Shown here piece after piece: positions 35,800 through 45,524 of a stretch of 55,808 bases of DNA; position 1 is the stretch's first letter; every line of letters starts with the position of its first letter. The notes beneath the pieces were generated by a model that ran no database searches, had not been told where the DNA came from, and saw nothing but the letters and a program-made list of their open reading frames with translations. The position numbers and the translations under genes were made by a program. The stretch lies in assembly GCA_963814585.1 (NCBI GenBank), contig CAWFDF010000005.1, positions 1 through 55,808 of the forward strand. Direction: 5' to 3'. The DNA comes from an uncultured delta proteobacterium. Its GTDB lineage: Bacteria; Myxococcota; Myxococcia; Myxococcales; Anaeromyxobacteraceae.

Positions 35800-36768
35800 C
35801 TAATGATCCTGCGGGCAGATCGCGTGGACGTGGGCGTAGCCGTCGGACTCGATCTGGATGGTGGTGTGGTCGATCCGGTAGCGATCGCAGAGCGCCTGCT
35901 TCACGGCCGTGAGGATCTCGTCGTTGCGTCCCAGCGCCTCGGACCTGATGACCACGTGGGAGGAGAGCGCGTAGAGGCCGCTGGAGATGGTCCAGAGGTG
36001 GAGGTCGTGGATGGCGGTGATGTCGGGCGACGCCGCCGCCATGGTGGCCTGCACCTCGGCGAGCTTCAGGTGCCTCGGCACCTCCTCCATCAGCACGCCG
36101 GTGATCTCGCGGATGAGACCGACCGTGCCCCAGAGGATGAGCGCGGCGATGGCCAGGGAGAGCGCCGGATCCAGCCAGGTCCAGCCTGGCCGGAGCCACA
36201 TGACCCCGGCCCCGGCCAGGATGGCCACCGACGAGACGGTGTCCGCGATCACGTGCAGGAAGGCCGAGCGGGCGTTGAGGCCGTGATCGTGGCGGAGGAC
36301 GCCGAGGATGGCCAGGTTGGCCGCCAGGCCCACCGCCGAGACCACCGCCATGAGCCCGAGGTCGATGGGGGGAGCGCCCTCCCGGAGCCGCTCGATGGCT
36401 TCCCAGCTGAGCCAGCCGGTCAGGAGCACCAGCCCGATCACGTTGAGCTGCGCCGCCAGCACCTCGGCCCGCCGGAAGCCGAAGGTGCGCCGCTCGTCCG
36501 GCCTCCGGCTGGCCACCCAGGCCGCCACCAGGGCCAGCGCCAGCGCCCCGGCGTCGGTCAGCATGTGCCCGGCGTCGGAGAGGAGCGCCAGCGATCCCGA
36601 CCACAGGCCGCCGATGGTCTCCGCCACCATGATGGTGGCGGTCAGCGCCAGCGACAGCCCGAGCCGCCGGACGCTCGATCCCGGGGCCGGTCCGTGGGCG
36701 TGCCCATGGGTCCGATGGTCGTGGTGATGATCACCAGGTCCATGGTCCTGGTGCGTGCCGCTCGACAT
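35800..36768 (-). CDS. Cation diffusion facilitator (CzcD/ZitB-like)
   Basis: His-rich N-terminus, SLALLSDAGHMLTD, HVIAD, HDLHLW and HTTIQIE motifs. Confidence 0.93.
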   Translation of the reverse strand: MSSGTHQDHGPGDHHHDHRTHGHAHGPAPGSSVRRLGLSLALTATIMVAETIGGLWSGSLALLSDAGHMLTDAGALALALVAAWVASRRPDERRTFGFRRAEVLAAQLNVIGLVLLTGWLSWEAIERLREGAPPIDLGLMAVVSAVGLAANLAILGVLRHDHGLNARSAFLHVIADTVSSVAILAGAGVMWLRPGWTWLDPALSLAIAALILWGTVGLIREITGVLMEEVPRHLKLAEVQATMAAASPDITAIHDLHLWTISSGLYALSSHVVIRSEALGRNDEILTAVKQALCDRYRIDHTTIQIESDGYAHVHAICPQDH

Positions 36769-36851
36769 CGTGCTTGAACCTCCGGGCTGGAGAGTCTACG
36801 TCAAAGGGGGAACGGGTGGCACGCGCCGCCCGCACGGGGGACCGCCGGGAG

Positions 36852-37748
36852 ATGAAGGACCAGTCGCACCTCACCGCGGCCCGGGACGGGACTCGCCTCC
36901 ACTGGAGCGCCGGCGGAACCGGCTCGCCCGCCGTGCTGCTGACCGACGGGATCGGCTGCGCCGGCTACATCTGGCGCTTCCTGCGCCCCGAGCTGGCCCG
37001 GCGCCACCGCGTCATCCACTGGAACTACCGAGGCCACGGCCAGAGCGAGGCCCCGGCCGACCCCGCCCGCGTCTCGCTCGCCGACTGCGTCGACGACCTG
37101 CTGGTGGTGCTGGACGCCGCTGGCGAGCAGCGGGTCGTCGTCGTGGGCCACTCGATGGGCGTGCAGGTGGCGCTGGAGACCCATCGGCTGCAGCCGGAGC
37201 GGGTGGCCGGCCTCGTCCTGGTCTGCGGCTCACCCGGCCGCGCGCTCGACGCCATCCACGACGTCCCGTTCGCGGCCGCGGCGCTCCCCTATGCCCAGGC
37301 CGCCGTGGCGCGCTTCCCCGGCATCTCCCGCCTCCTCTTCCGATCGATGGTCCCGACCGAGGTGGCGCTCAAGCTGGCGCTCACCTTCGAGGTGAACCAG
37401 AAGCTGGTGGCGCGCGAGGACCTGGTCCGGTACCTCGACGATCTGGCCGACGTCGATCCCTCGCTCTTCGTCAAGCTGCTGGCGTCGGCCGCCCAGAGCG
37501 ACGCCACCGACCACCTCCCCTCCATCGCCAAGCCGACCCTGATCATCGCCGGCGAGCAGGACGCCTTCACCCCCATGTGGCTCTCGGTGAAGATGCACGC
37601 CGCCATCCCCGGCAGCGAGCTGCTGGTGCTCCCCGGCGGCAGCCACGTCGGGCCGCTGGAGCACCCGGAGCTGTGCGCCCTGCGCATCGAGAAGTACTTC
37701 ACCGATCACTTCCGGGCCGGCGCCGGCCCCGGGGAGCCGGCGAGGTGA
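36852..37748 (+). CDS. Alpha/beta hydrolase
   Basis: NYRGHGQS, GHSMG nucleophile elbow, GEQD and SH catalytic residues. Confidence 0.9.
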   Translation: MKDQSHLTAARDGTRLHWSAGGTGSPAVLLTDGIGCAGYIWRFLRPELARRHRVIHWNYRGHGQSEAPADPARVSLADCVDDLLVVLDAAGEQRVVVVGHSMGVQVALETHRLQPERVAGLVLVCGSPGRALDAIHDVPFAAAALPYAQAAVARFPGISRLLFRSMVPTEVALKLALTFEVNQKLVAREDLVRYLDDLADVDPSLFVKLLASAAQSDATDHLPSIAKPTLIIAGEQDAFTPMWLSVKMHAAIPGSELLVLPGGSHVGPLEHPELCALRIEKYFTDHFRAGAGPGEPAR

Positions 37749-40654
37749 GGAGGCCCGGGCTCCTGGCGGCGCTCCTGGCGTGGCTGCTCCTCTGGCCCGC
37801 CGCGGCGCCGGCCCAGCCCTACGACCCGGGCTACCGCTGGCGCACCATCGAGACGCCGCATTTCCAGGTCCACTTCCACCAGGGCCTGGAGGTGCTGGCG
37901 CAGCGGGCCGCGCGAGAGGCCGAGCGGGCCCACGCCCGGCTGGCGCCCCGGCTCGGGTACTCGCCGGGCCAGCGGACCCAGCTGGTGCTCTCCGACGACA
38001 CCGACGCCGCCAACGGCTCGGCCACCCCCCTCCCCTACAACACCATCCGGATCTACGCGGTGCCTCCCGAGTCGGGCTCGGTGCTCAACGACGAGCGCGA
38101 CTGGCTCGAGGCGGTGATCACCCACGAGTACGTCCACATCCTCCATCTCGACAACATCGGGGGCCTCCCCGCGGTGGTGAACGCGATCTTCGGGAAGATC
38201 TGGCCACCCAACGCGCTCACGCCCGGCTGGATGGTCGAGGGGCTGGCGGTGGCGCACGAGGCCCCGGCCGGCAGCGGTGCCGGCCGGAACGACAGCGCCC
38301 TCTTCGACATGTACCTGCGGGCCCTGGTGGTCGAGCCGCCAGGCTTCCCGACCCTGGCGCAGGCCTCCAACCCGTACCTCGAGTGGCCCCGCGGCAACGT
38401 CTCCTATCTGCTGGGCGGCCGCTTCATGGCGTGGCTGGAGCGGCGCTCGGGTCCCGAGGCGATGCGCGGCTTCCTCGCCGACCAGGGATCCCGGATCTGG
38501 CCGTGGGCACCCTCCTGGGCCTCCGAGCGCTGGTTCGGCGCCGAGCTTCCGCCGCTCTGGGACCAGTTCACCGGCGAGCTGGCACGCCACTACGCCGCCC
38601 AGCTGGACGAGGTGCGGCGGCGGCCGGTGACGCGCCCGGCCCCATTGACCGAGCGCGGCGGGACCATCGAGCGGCCGCGCTGGCTGCCGGACGGGTCGGG
38701 GCTGGCCTACGTCGATCGGGGCCTCGACGAGCGAGCCGGGTTGCGCCGGGTCTCCCGCTCCGGGGAGGACCTGGGCCGGGGGCTGGTGGTGGACATGGAC
38801 GGCACCTTCGCGCTCCGCTCGGCACGACAGGCGATCGTGGCCAAGGGGCAGGTCTGGCGCGAGTTCCGCCTCTACACCGACCTCTACCTCGCCGATCTCG
38901 ACGCCGGCACGGACCTCCGTCTCACCGACGGTGAGCGGGCCACCGATCCGGCGCTCACGCCGGGCGGGCTCGACGTCGTCTACGTGGCGCAGGCGGGCGC
39001 CGGCCAGCAGTCGCTACGGCGGCGGCCGGTCGAGGGCGGACCGGCCGAGACGCTGCTCCAGCTCCCCGGCGTGCAGCTGTACGAGCCCGCCGTCTCGCCG
39101 GACGGGGCGCGGATCGCGCTGTCGGTCCAGCGGGAGGGCCGGCGCGACCTGGTCATCCTCGAGGCCGGCCAGGTGCGCGACGTCACCAGCGACGACGCGC
39201 TCGACCGCGCCCCGGCCTGGACGCCCGACGGCCGCTGGCTCCTCTTCTGCTCCGACCGGGGCGGCCTCTACAACCTCTACGCCTGGGAGGTGGCCACCGG
39301 CGCCATCCGGCAGGTGACCAACAGCGAGACCGGGGCGCTCGAGCCCGCCCCCTCTCCCGACGGTGCCACGCTGGCCTTCGTGACCTACTCGCGGCGCGGC
39401 CACGACCTGGCCTCCATCCCGTTCAATCCGGCCACCTGGCTCGACCCCATCCCGCCGCCGCCGGCCGTGGCGCCGCCGGTCCCGGCCCCTGGGGCCGACC
39501 TCGTGGAGCGACCCTACTCCGCGGCCGCGACCGTCCTGCCGACCTTCTGGCTTCCCATCCTCGGCTTCAGCGACGCCGGGAGCACCTTTGGCCTCTTCAC
39601 CTCGGGCTTCGACGTGCTGGCGCTCCACGCCTGGCAGGCCAGCGTCTCGGGCAGCACGCAGACGCAGGCCGTCGACTATGCGCTCTCCTACGTCGGCGGC
39701 TGGTCCTGGCCGGGCCTCGATCTCTACTCGACCCGGTACGTGACCTCCTCACCCGGGTATCCGGTGCGATGGGTCTCGGAGTGGACGCCGCTGGCCCTGG
39801 GCGCCACCTTCACCTTCACGCGCCTGGAGCGCCGGGCGGCCTTCCGCATCGGCTGGACGCCCACGCTCTTCGATTCGATCGAGGCGATTCCTCCGGCGAC
39901 CGGCTACCCGCCCGACCGGCTCTTCGCCGACGGCCTCCTCTCCGAGGCCGCCCTCTCCGCGGGCTACAGCGACACCCGCCGCTACGCCCACTCCATCTCC
40001 ACGGAGGAAGGGCGCGCCATCGCGCTCCGGCTGCGCTACGCCGGCGCCGCCACCGGCAGCGACTACGACCTCTGGCGGGCCCGCGCCTCGTGGGCGGAGT
40101 TCTCGCGCGTCCCGCTCACGCGCCACGTGGTGCTGGCGACCCGGCTCTCGGGCGCCATCGGCCACGGCTCGCTGGGCGGCTCCCCTCCGTTCTCGCTGGG
40201 CGGGATCCCCTCCACCGACTGGCTGGCGCTCACCACGCTGCAGTCCTTCTCTCCCTCGGATCAGCTGCGCGGCTACCCGGCCGGGATCTTCGCCGGCAAC
40301 GGCACCGTCTCCGGCAGCGTCGAGCTGCGCTTCCCCATCTTCGCCCCCGAACTCGGCCGCTCCACCTGGCCGATCTTCCTGCGGCGCGTCCACGGCGCGA
40401 TCTTCGCCGACGTGGGCGAGGCCTTCGTGCAGGGCACGGAGCGCGGCTACAGCGGCCCCGACTTCCACTGGGAGCGGCTGCGGGTCGGCGCCGGCGCGGA
40501 GCTGCGGCTGGAGACGGCGCTGGCCTACTGGCTGCTCACCGACGTCCGGCTCGGCGTGGCCCGCGGCCTCGGTAAGCCGCTCGCCGGCGTGGGCCCGACC
40601 GAGGATCCGTACGCCGTCTGGCAGTGGTACCTGGTGCTCGGCCCGTCGTTCTGA
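37745..40654 (+). CDS. Omp85-family outer-membrane protein with N-terminal HExxH metallopeptidase-like and TolB-like propeller domains
   Basis: Signal peptide, ETPHFQVHF, ITHEYVH..WMVEGLA, PD40 repeats (PAWTPDGR, SPDG), LRGYP, ELRFP, C-terminal Phe. Confidence 0.85.
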   Translation: MRRPGLLAALLAWLLLWPAAAPAQPYDPGYRWRTIETPHFQVHFHQGLEVLAQRAAREAERAHARLAPRLGYSPGQRTQLVLSDDTDAANGSATPLPYNTIRIYAVPPESGSVLNDERDWLEAVITHEYVHILHLDNIGGLPAVVNAIFGKIWPPNALTPGWMVEGLAVAHEAPAGSGAGRNDSALFDMYLRALVVEPPGFPTLAQASNPYLEWPRGNVSYLLGGRFMAWLERRSGPEAMRGFLADQGSRIWPWAPSWASERWFGAELPPLWDQFTGELARHYAAQLDEVRRRPVTRPAPLTERGGTIERPRWLPDGSGLAYVDRGLDERAGLRRVSRSGEDLGRGLVVDMDGTFALRSARQAIVAKGQVWREFRLYTDLYLADLDAGTDLRLTDGERATDPALTPGGLDVVYVAQAGAGQQSLRRRPVEGGPAETLLQLPGVQLYEPAVSPDGARIALSVQREGRRDLVILEAGQVRDVTSDDALDRAPAWTPDGRWLLFCSDRGGLYNLYAWEVATGAIRQVTNSETGALEPAPSPDGATLAFVTYSRRGHDLASIPFNPATWLDPIPPPPAVAPPVPAPGADLVERPYSAAATVLPTFWLPILGFSDAGSTFGLFTSGFDVLALHAWQASVSGSTQTQAVDYALSYVGGWSWPGLDLYSTRYVTSSPGYPVRWVSEWTPLALGATFTFTRLERRAAFRIGWTPTLFDSIEAIPPATGYPPDRLFADGLLSEAALSAGYSDTRRYAHSISTEEGRAIALRLRYAGAATGSDYDLWRARASWAEFSRVPLTRHVVLATRLSGAIGHGSLGGSPPFSLGGIPSTDWLALTTLQSFSPSDQLRGYPAGIFAGNGTVSGSVELRFPIFAPELGRSTWPIFLRRVHGAIFADVGEAFVQGTERGYSGPDFHWERLRVGAGAELRLETALAYWLLTDVRLGVARGLGKPLAGVGPTEDPYAVWQWYLVLGPSF

Positions 40655-40732
40655 CCGGCGCGACCGGCCGGAGCGGCGGCAGGACCGGCGGCTTGCAGGC
40701 CCGCTGGTCTGGTGATAGACAGGCGCGCCTTC

Positions 40733-40805
40733 GCCGACATAGCTCAGTTGGCAGAGCAGCTGATTCGTAATCAGCAGGTCCACGGTTCAAATCCGTGTGT
40801 CGGCT
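40733..40805 (+). tRNA. tRNA-Thr(CGT), CCA not encoded
   Basis: GCCGACA/TGTCGGC acceptor stem, AGCTCAGTTGGCAGAGC D-arm, GCTGA-TTCGTAA-TCAGC anticodon arm, GGTTCAAATCC T-arm. Confidence 0.97.
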
Positions 40806-40810
40806 TCGAG

Positions 40811-40850
40811 GAGACGGGCGACGGGTCTTCCCGGGCGCCCGTTTCCCCTT
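40811..40850. terminator. Hairpin between tRNA-Thr and the convergent ppx
   Basis: GAGACGGGCG..CGCCCGTTTC inverted repeat. Confidence 0.5.
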
Positions 40851-40876
40851 CCTGGGACGGGGCCTGGCGACGGCGC

Positions 40877-42379
40877 TCACCGCCGCGACGCCACCACCTC
40901 GAGCCGCCGCCCGAGCGCCTGGCGGAAGAAGGCCGCCTCGCGGGCCACGTCCCACAGCTCCAGGTCGAGGGCGGCGCGCGCCCGGGCGACCACCCGGACC
41001 CGGCCGTTCGGGACCGAGGCGCGCAGCGCCTGGACCGGCTGGGAATGGCTGCGATCCAGCGCGTCGGCCACCCGCAGCAGCGCCACCAGCCGGCGCAGCA
41101 GGCGGAGCTGGCCCGGAGCGAGCCCCTTCAGGTCCGGACGGCCGGCCTCGGGGGGCGACCGGCGGTGGTAGCGGGCCACCAGGGCCACCAGCTGCCGCTC
41201 CTGGTCGGAGAAGCCGGCCACGTCGGCGTTGGACACCAGGTAGAAGCTGTGGCGGTGGTGGCGCTGCGGGGAGACGGCGTGGCCCACGTCGTGGAGCAGC
41301 GCCGCCGCCTCGAGAAGACCTCGGGCCGAGGCCGGAAGCCCGTGCAGGCCCGCCAGCTGGTCGAAGAGCTCCAGCGCCAGCCGCGCCACCTGGCTGGCAT
41401 GGTGCTCGTCGAACCCGAAGCGCCGGCCGAGCGCCAGCACCGCCTGGGTCCGCCCCGCTGCCGCCGCCGCCGCCGCGGCCGGGGAGCGGCGGGCCAGGTC
41501 CAGCAGGACGCCGTTGCGCAACCCAGTGCTGACGGCGCTGATGGCCTCGAGCTTGAGGTGGCGCATGCAGGCCTCGAGGATGACGGCCCCCCCCACGATG
41601 ATCTCGGCGCGCTTCGGCTCGAACCGCCGCCGCCGCTCGGCGAGGCTCATGTCGGCCAGGTCGTCGACCATCCGCTCCAGCCGGCGCAGCGTGAGCCGCT
41701 TCGAGTCGGTGCCGGCCGACACGACGGCGTTGATGGTGCCGGACGAGCCGAGGGCCACGCGGGGGCCGGGAAGCCGCCTCGGGAGGGTCTCCCGGAAGGC
41801 CTCGGCGGCGTAGGAGCGCATCACCTCCAGCCGCTCCTCCGAGACCCGGCCTGAGGAGCCGAAGATCTCGGTGAACCGGACCGCGCCCACCGCCACCGAG
41901 TAGAGCGCGGTCGGCTTCTCGCCGACGCCGGCCACCACCTCGGTCGAGCCGCCGCCGATGTCGACGAGCAGCGAGCGCGCCGCCGGGGAGCGCCCCTCGA
42001 GCACGCCCAGGCCGATGAGCCGCGCCTCCTCGCGGCCGCTCACCACGTCGAGGTTGAGCCCCGCCTCCTCGCGAGCGCGCCGGACGATCTCGTCGCGGTT
42101 GCGCGACTCCCGGACCGCCGAGGTGGCCACCGCCCGCACCCGCGCCCGGTGGCGGCGGCACAGGGAGGCGTAGCGGCTCAGGGTCGAGATGAGCCGATTG
42201 GCCACCGGCTTGGCGATGGTGCCGCCGCCGCTGAAGACCCCCTCTCCGGGGCGCACCGGATCGCGCTCCTGGTGGAGCGTCTCCAGGGTGCCGTCCGGCA
42301 GCTGGCGGGCGATCTCGAGCCGGACCGCGTTGGTGCCCACGTCGATGGCGGCGAGGATCCGACCGTTTCCGTTCTTCAT
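40877..42379 (-). CDS. ppx: Exopolyphosphatase Ppx/GppA with HD domain
   Basis: AAIDVGTNAVRL, ATSAVRE, DIGGGSTE and LLHDVG motifs; divergent from ppk1. Confidence 0.93.
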   Translation of the reverse strand: MKNGNGRILAAIDVGTNAVRLEIARQLPDGTLETLHQERDPVRPGEGVFSGGGTIAKPVANRLISTLSRYASLCRRHRARVRAVATSAVRESRNRDEIVRRAREEAGLNLDVVSGREEARLIGLGVLEGRSPAARSLLVDIGGGSTEVVAGVGEKPTALYSVAVGAVRFTEIFGSSGRVSEERLEVMRSYAAEAFRETLPRRLPGPRVALGSSGTINAVVSAGTDSKRLTLRRLERMVDDLADMSLAERRRRFEPKRAEIIVGGAVILEACMRHLKLEAISAVSTGLRNGVLLDLARRSPAAAAAAAAGRTQAVLALGRRFGFDEHHASQVARLALELFDQLAGLHGLPASARGLLEAAALLHDVGHAVSPQRHHRHSFYLVSNADVAGFSDQERQLVALVARYHRRSPPEAGRPDLKGLAPGQLRLLRRLVALLRVADALDRSHSQPVQALRASVPNGRVRVVARARAALDLELWDVAREAAFFRQALGRRLEVVASRR

Positions 42380-42448
42380 CCGAGGCCACTCTAACCCCCC
42401 ACCCTGACTGGCGTTGGCGGCCCCGCTGCGGGGGGGGCGGCCTCGCCA

Positions 42449-42468
42449 GCGTCACACAATGGTCACGA
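42449..42468 (+). promoter_or_regulatory. Pho-box-like 11-bp direct repeat upstream of ppk1
   Basis: GTCAC at 42451 and 42462; GATACT -10-like element at 42488-42493. Confidence 0.55.
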
Positions 42469-42505
42469 GCGCGGCCGCGCCCCGGGCGATACTGGGGAGG
42501 CTTCC

Positions 42506-44710
42506 ATGTCCCTCGTCGATCAGAGCTCCGTCGCCGCCCCCGCCCCCCCCGCCGACGGCGGCACCCCTCGCCTGATCGAGCTCCACGATCCCTCGCTCTT
42601 CCTCAACCGCGAGCTCTCCTGGCTGGAGTTCGACGCCCGGGTCCTCGAGGAAGCCCAGGACGCCACCCTCCCGGTCCTGGAGCGGCTCAAGTTCCTCGGC
42701 ATCGTCTCCTCCAACCTCGACGAGTTCTTCATGGTCCGGGTGGCGGGGCTCAAGCAGAAGATCGCCGGCGGCGTGGCCGACGCGGCGGCCGACGGCCTGC
42801 TGCCGGCCGAGGTGCTGTCGGCCGTGGCCAGGCGGACCCACGCCCTGGTGAAGGACCAGGAGCGGACCTGGCTCGAGCAGATCCGGCCCGCGCTGGCCCG
42901 GGCCGGCCACCAGATCGTCGCCCCGGCGGACTTCACGGCCGGGCAGGCCGAGGCGGCGCGGCTGCGCTTCACGCAGGAGGTGCTCCCGGTCCTGACGCCG
43001 CTGGCCGTCGATCCGGGGCACCCCTTCCCGCAGCTTCGCAACAAGTCGCTCAACGTGGCGCTGATCCTGCGCCGCGCCGGGCGGAAGCGAAGGCGGGACA
43101 TGGAGGTGCTGCTGGCGGTGGTGCAGGTCCCCTCGGTGCTCCCCCGCCTCATCCCCCTGCCCTCCGAGTCCGGGGTCGAGCACGCCCTGCTCGACGAGGT
43201 GATTGCCGCCTACGCCGTCGATCTCTTCCCCGGCTTCTCGGTCCTGCACGCCGCCGGCTTCCGGGTGACGCGCAACTGGGACCTGGAGATCGACGAGGAG
43301 GAGTCGGAGGACCTGGTCTCCGCGGTGCAGGAGGAGCTGCGACGGCGCGATCGCGGCGCCGCGGTGCGCCTCGAGATCGCCGCCTCGGCGGCCGACCCCA
43401 TCGTCTCGGCGCTGGTGCGGGCGCTCAAGCTCGACGCCGCCGACGTCTACCGCAGCGCCGGCCCGCTCCAGGTCCAGGACCTGCTCCAGCTCGGCGACGC
43501 CGACCCGCGCCCCGAGCTTCGCCAGGAGCCGTGGGCGGCCATCCTTCCCAAGGCCTTCGAGGAAGGGACGCCGGTGCGCGAGGCGATCGCCGCCGGCGAG
43601 GTGCTGCTCCACCACCCCTACGAGGCCTTCGACCCGGTGGTCCGGTTCGTCGAGGAGGCGGCCGAGGATCCCGACGTCCTCGCCATCAAGCAGACCCTCT
43701 ACCGGACCAGCGGCGACAGCCCCTTCGTGCGCGCCCTGTCGCGGGCCGCCGAGAACGGCAAGCAGGTCACCGCCATCGTCGAGATCAAGGCGCGCTTCGA
43801 CGAGGCCAACAACATCGCCTGGGCGCGGCGTCTCGAGGAGTCGGGGGTCCACGTGGTCTACGGCCTGCTCGGCCTCAAGACCCACTGCAAGGTGGCGCTG
43901 GTGGTGAGGCGCGAGGGGGCCAGGCTCCGCCGCTACATCCACCTCGGCACCGGCAACTACAACCCGCAGACGGCCCGGGTCTACACCGATCTCTCCCTCT
44001 TCTCGGCCGCCCCCGACCTCGGCGAGGACGTGGCCAGCCTCTTCAACCTCCTCACCGGCTACGCCGAGCCGCCGCGCTGGAAGAAGCTGACCGTGGCCCC
44101 CTTCGGCCTGCTGGAGAAGGTGGTGGAGCTCATCGGCCGCGAGGCGGACCGGGCCCGGCGAGGCGAGCCCGCCCGCATCATCGCCAAGATGAACTCCCTG
44201 GTGGACGCCACCGTCATCCGGGCGCTCTACGCGGCGAGCCAGGCCGGCGTCGAGATCGACCTGCTGGTCCGCGGCATCTGCTGCCTGCGCCCCGGGGTCA
44301 CCGGCGTCTCGGAGCGGATCCGCGTCACCTCGGTGGTCGACCGGTTCCTCGAGCACGCCCGCGTCTTCGCCTTCGGCGCCGGGGAGAACCCCGAGTGCTT
44401 CCTCTCCAGCGCCGACTGGATGCCGCGGAACTTCCACTCGCGGATCGAGGTGATGTTCCCGGTCGAGGACCGGGCGCTCAAGGCCCGGCTGGTCGGCGAG
44501 ATCCTCGGGCTGCCGCTGCAGGACCAGGTCCGGGCCCGGCGGCTCCAGGCGGACGGCACCTACCGCCGCGCCGAGGGAGGCCCCGGCGCCCTTCGGAGCC
44601 AGCAGGCGCTCTGCGAGGCCGCGCAGGCCGGGCGCGGCGTGACGCGCCCGACCGTGTTGCGCCAGGCGCCGGCGCCGCGCCCCGAGTCGCCGACCGAGCG
44701 GGCCGGCTGA
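42506..44710 (+). CDS. ppk1: Polyphosphate kinase 1
   Basis: NRELSWLEF, LDEFFMVRVAG, IKQTLYRT, KTHCK, GTGNYN and SADWMPRN motifs. Confidence 0.97.
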   Translation: MSLVDQSSVAAPAPPADGGTPRLIELHDPSLFLNRELSWLEFDARVLEEAQDATLPVLERLKFLGIVSSNLDEFFMVRVAGLKQKIAGGVADAAADGLLPAEVLSAVARRTHALVKDQERTWLEQIRPALARAGHQIVAPADFTAGQAEAARLRFTQEVLPVLTPLAVDPGHPFPQLRNKSLNVALILRRAGRKRRRDMEVLLAVVQVPSVLPRLIPLPSESGVEHALLDEVIAAYAVDLFPGFSVLHAAGFRVTRNWDLEIDEEESEDLVSAVQEELRRRDRGAAVRLEIAASAADPIVSALVRALKLDAADVYRSAGPLQVQDLLQLGDADPRPELRQEPWAAILPKAFEEGTPVREAIAAGEVLLHHPYEAFDPVVRFVEEAAEDPDVLAIKQTLYRTSGDSPFVRALSRAAENGKQVTAIVEIKARFDEANNIAWARRLEESGVHVVYGLLGLKTHCKVALVVRREGARLRRYIHLGTGNYNPQTARVYTDLSLFSAAPDLGEDVASLFNLLTGYAEPPRWKKLTVAPFGLLEKVVELIGREADRARRGEPARIIAKMNSLVDATVIRALYAASQAGVEIDLLVRGICCLRPGVTGVSERIRVTSVVDRFLEHARVFAFGAGENPECFLSSADWMPRNFHSRIEVMFPVEDRALKARLVGEILGLPLQDQVRARRLQADGTYRRAEGGPGALRSQQALCEAAQAGRGVTRPTVLRQAPAPRPESPTERAG

Positions 44711-44765
44711 CGCCTCCCAGGGCCGGATCGGGATAGGCTGGCGCCTCCACCTGGATGGGCCCTTC

Positions 44766-45524
44766 ATGACTCCACCTCCATGGAAGACGGCGCTGGTCAC
44801 CGGCGCCTCCAGCGGTCTCGGCCGCGGCCTCTCGCTCTGGCTCACCCGGCGCGGGGTGCGGGTCTGGGCCGCGGCCCGGCGGACCGGCCAGCTCGACGCC
44901 CTCCTGGAGGAGGCCGGCCCGCTGCTGACCCCCCTGCGCATGGACGTCAGCCTGGCCGCCGACACCTTCGACCAGGTGCGGGCGCTCGACGGCGAGGCCG
45001 GCGGGCTCGACCTGGTCATCGCCAACGCCGGGGTCGGGGCGCGGACCGGCGTGTCCCGCCTCGACTTCGGGCTGGTCAACCAGATGGTCCAGGTGAACGT
45101 CGCCGGCGCCTCGGCGACCCTGTGCGGCGCGATCCCCGGCATGGTGGAGCGGAAGCGCGGCCACCTGGTGGGCGTCAGCAGCCTGGCCGGGCTCCTGGCC
45201 TTCCCGTCCAGCAGCGCCTACTGCGCCTCCAAGGCCTACCTGCGGATGTTCCTCGACGGCCTCCGCCTCGACCTCACCCGGCACGGCGTCGACGTCACCT
45301 CGCTCCACCCGGGCTACGTCAAGAGCGAGATGACCGACAGGAACGAGAAGGGAACGATGCCCTTCCTGCTCGAGACCGACGACGCCGTCGAGCGGATGGG
45401 CCAGGCGCTGCTGCGCCGCGAGAAGATGTTCGCCTTCCCCTGGCAGATCAGCACCGGGGTCCGGCTGGCGAGCGCGCTGCCGACGGGCTGGTGGGCGGCG
45501 CTGGCCGCCAGGAAGGGACGCTAG
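44766..45524 (+). CDS. Short-chain dehydrogenase/reductase
   Basis: TGASSGLG, NAG and YCASK motifs. Confidence 0.92.
   Translation: MTPPPWKTALVTGASSGLGRGLSLWLTRRGVRVWAAARRTGQLDALLEEAGPLLTPLRMDVSLAADTFDQVRALDGEAGGLDLVIANAGVGARTGVSRLDFGLVNQMVQVNVAGASATLCGAIPGMVERKRGHLVGVSSLAGLLAFPSSSAYCASKAYLRMFLDGLRLDLTRHGVDVTSLHPGYVKSEMTDRNEKGTMPFLLETDDAVERMGQALLRREKMFAFPWQISTGVRLASALPTGWWAALAARKGR

Noticed and set aside
36755..37744. Long N-terminal extensions in the ORF track (1299-aa, 660-aa, 644-aa, 609-aa, 577-aa and 860-aa ORFs)
   Set aside because: They are open shadow frames over the upstream gene; true starts are at the coupled ATG/GTG codons listed in the features
40733..40880. tRNA-Thr as an integration site for an island
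   Set aside because: No integrase or duplicated tRNA 3' end was seen, and the flanking genes are core
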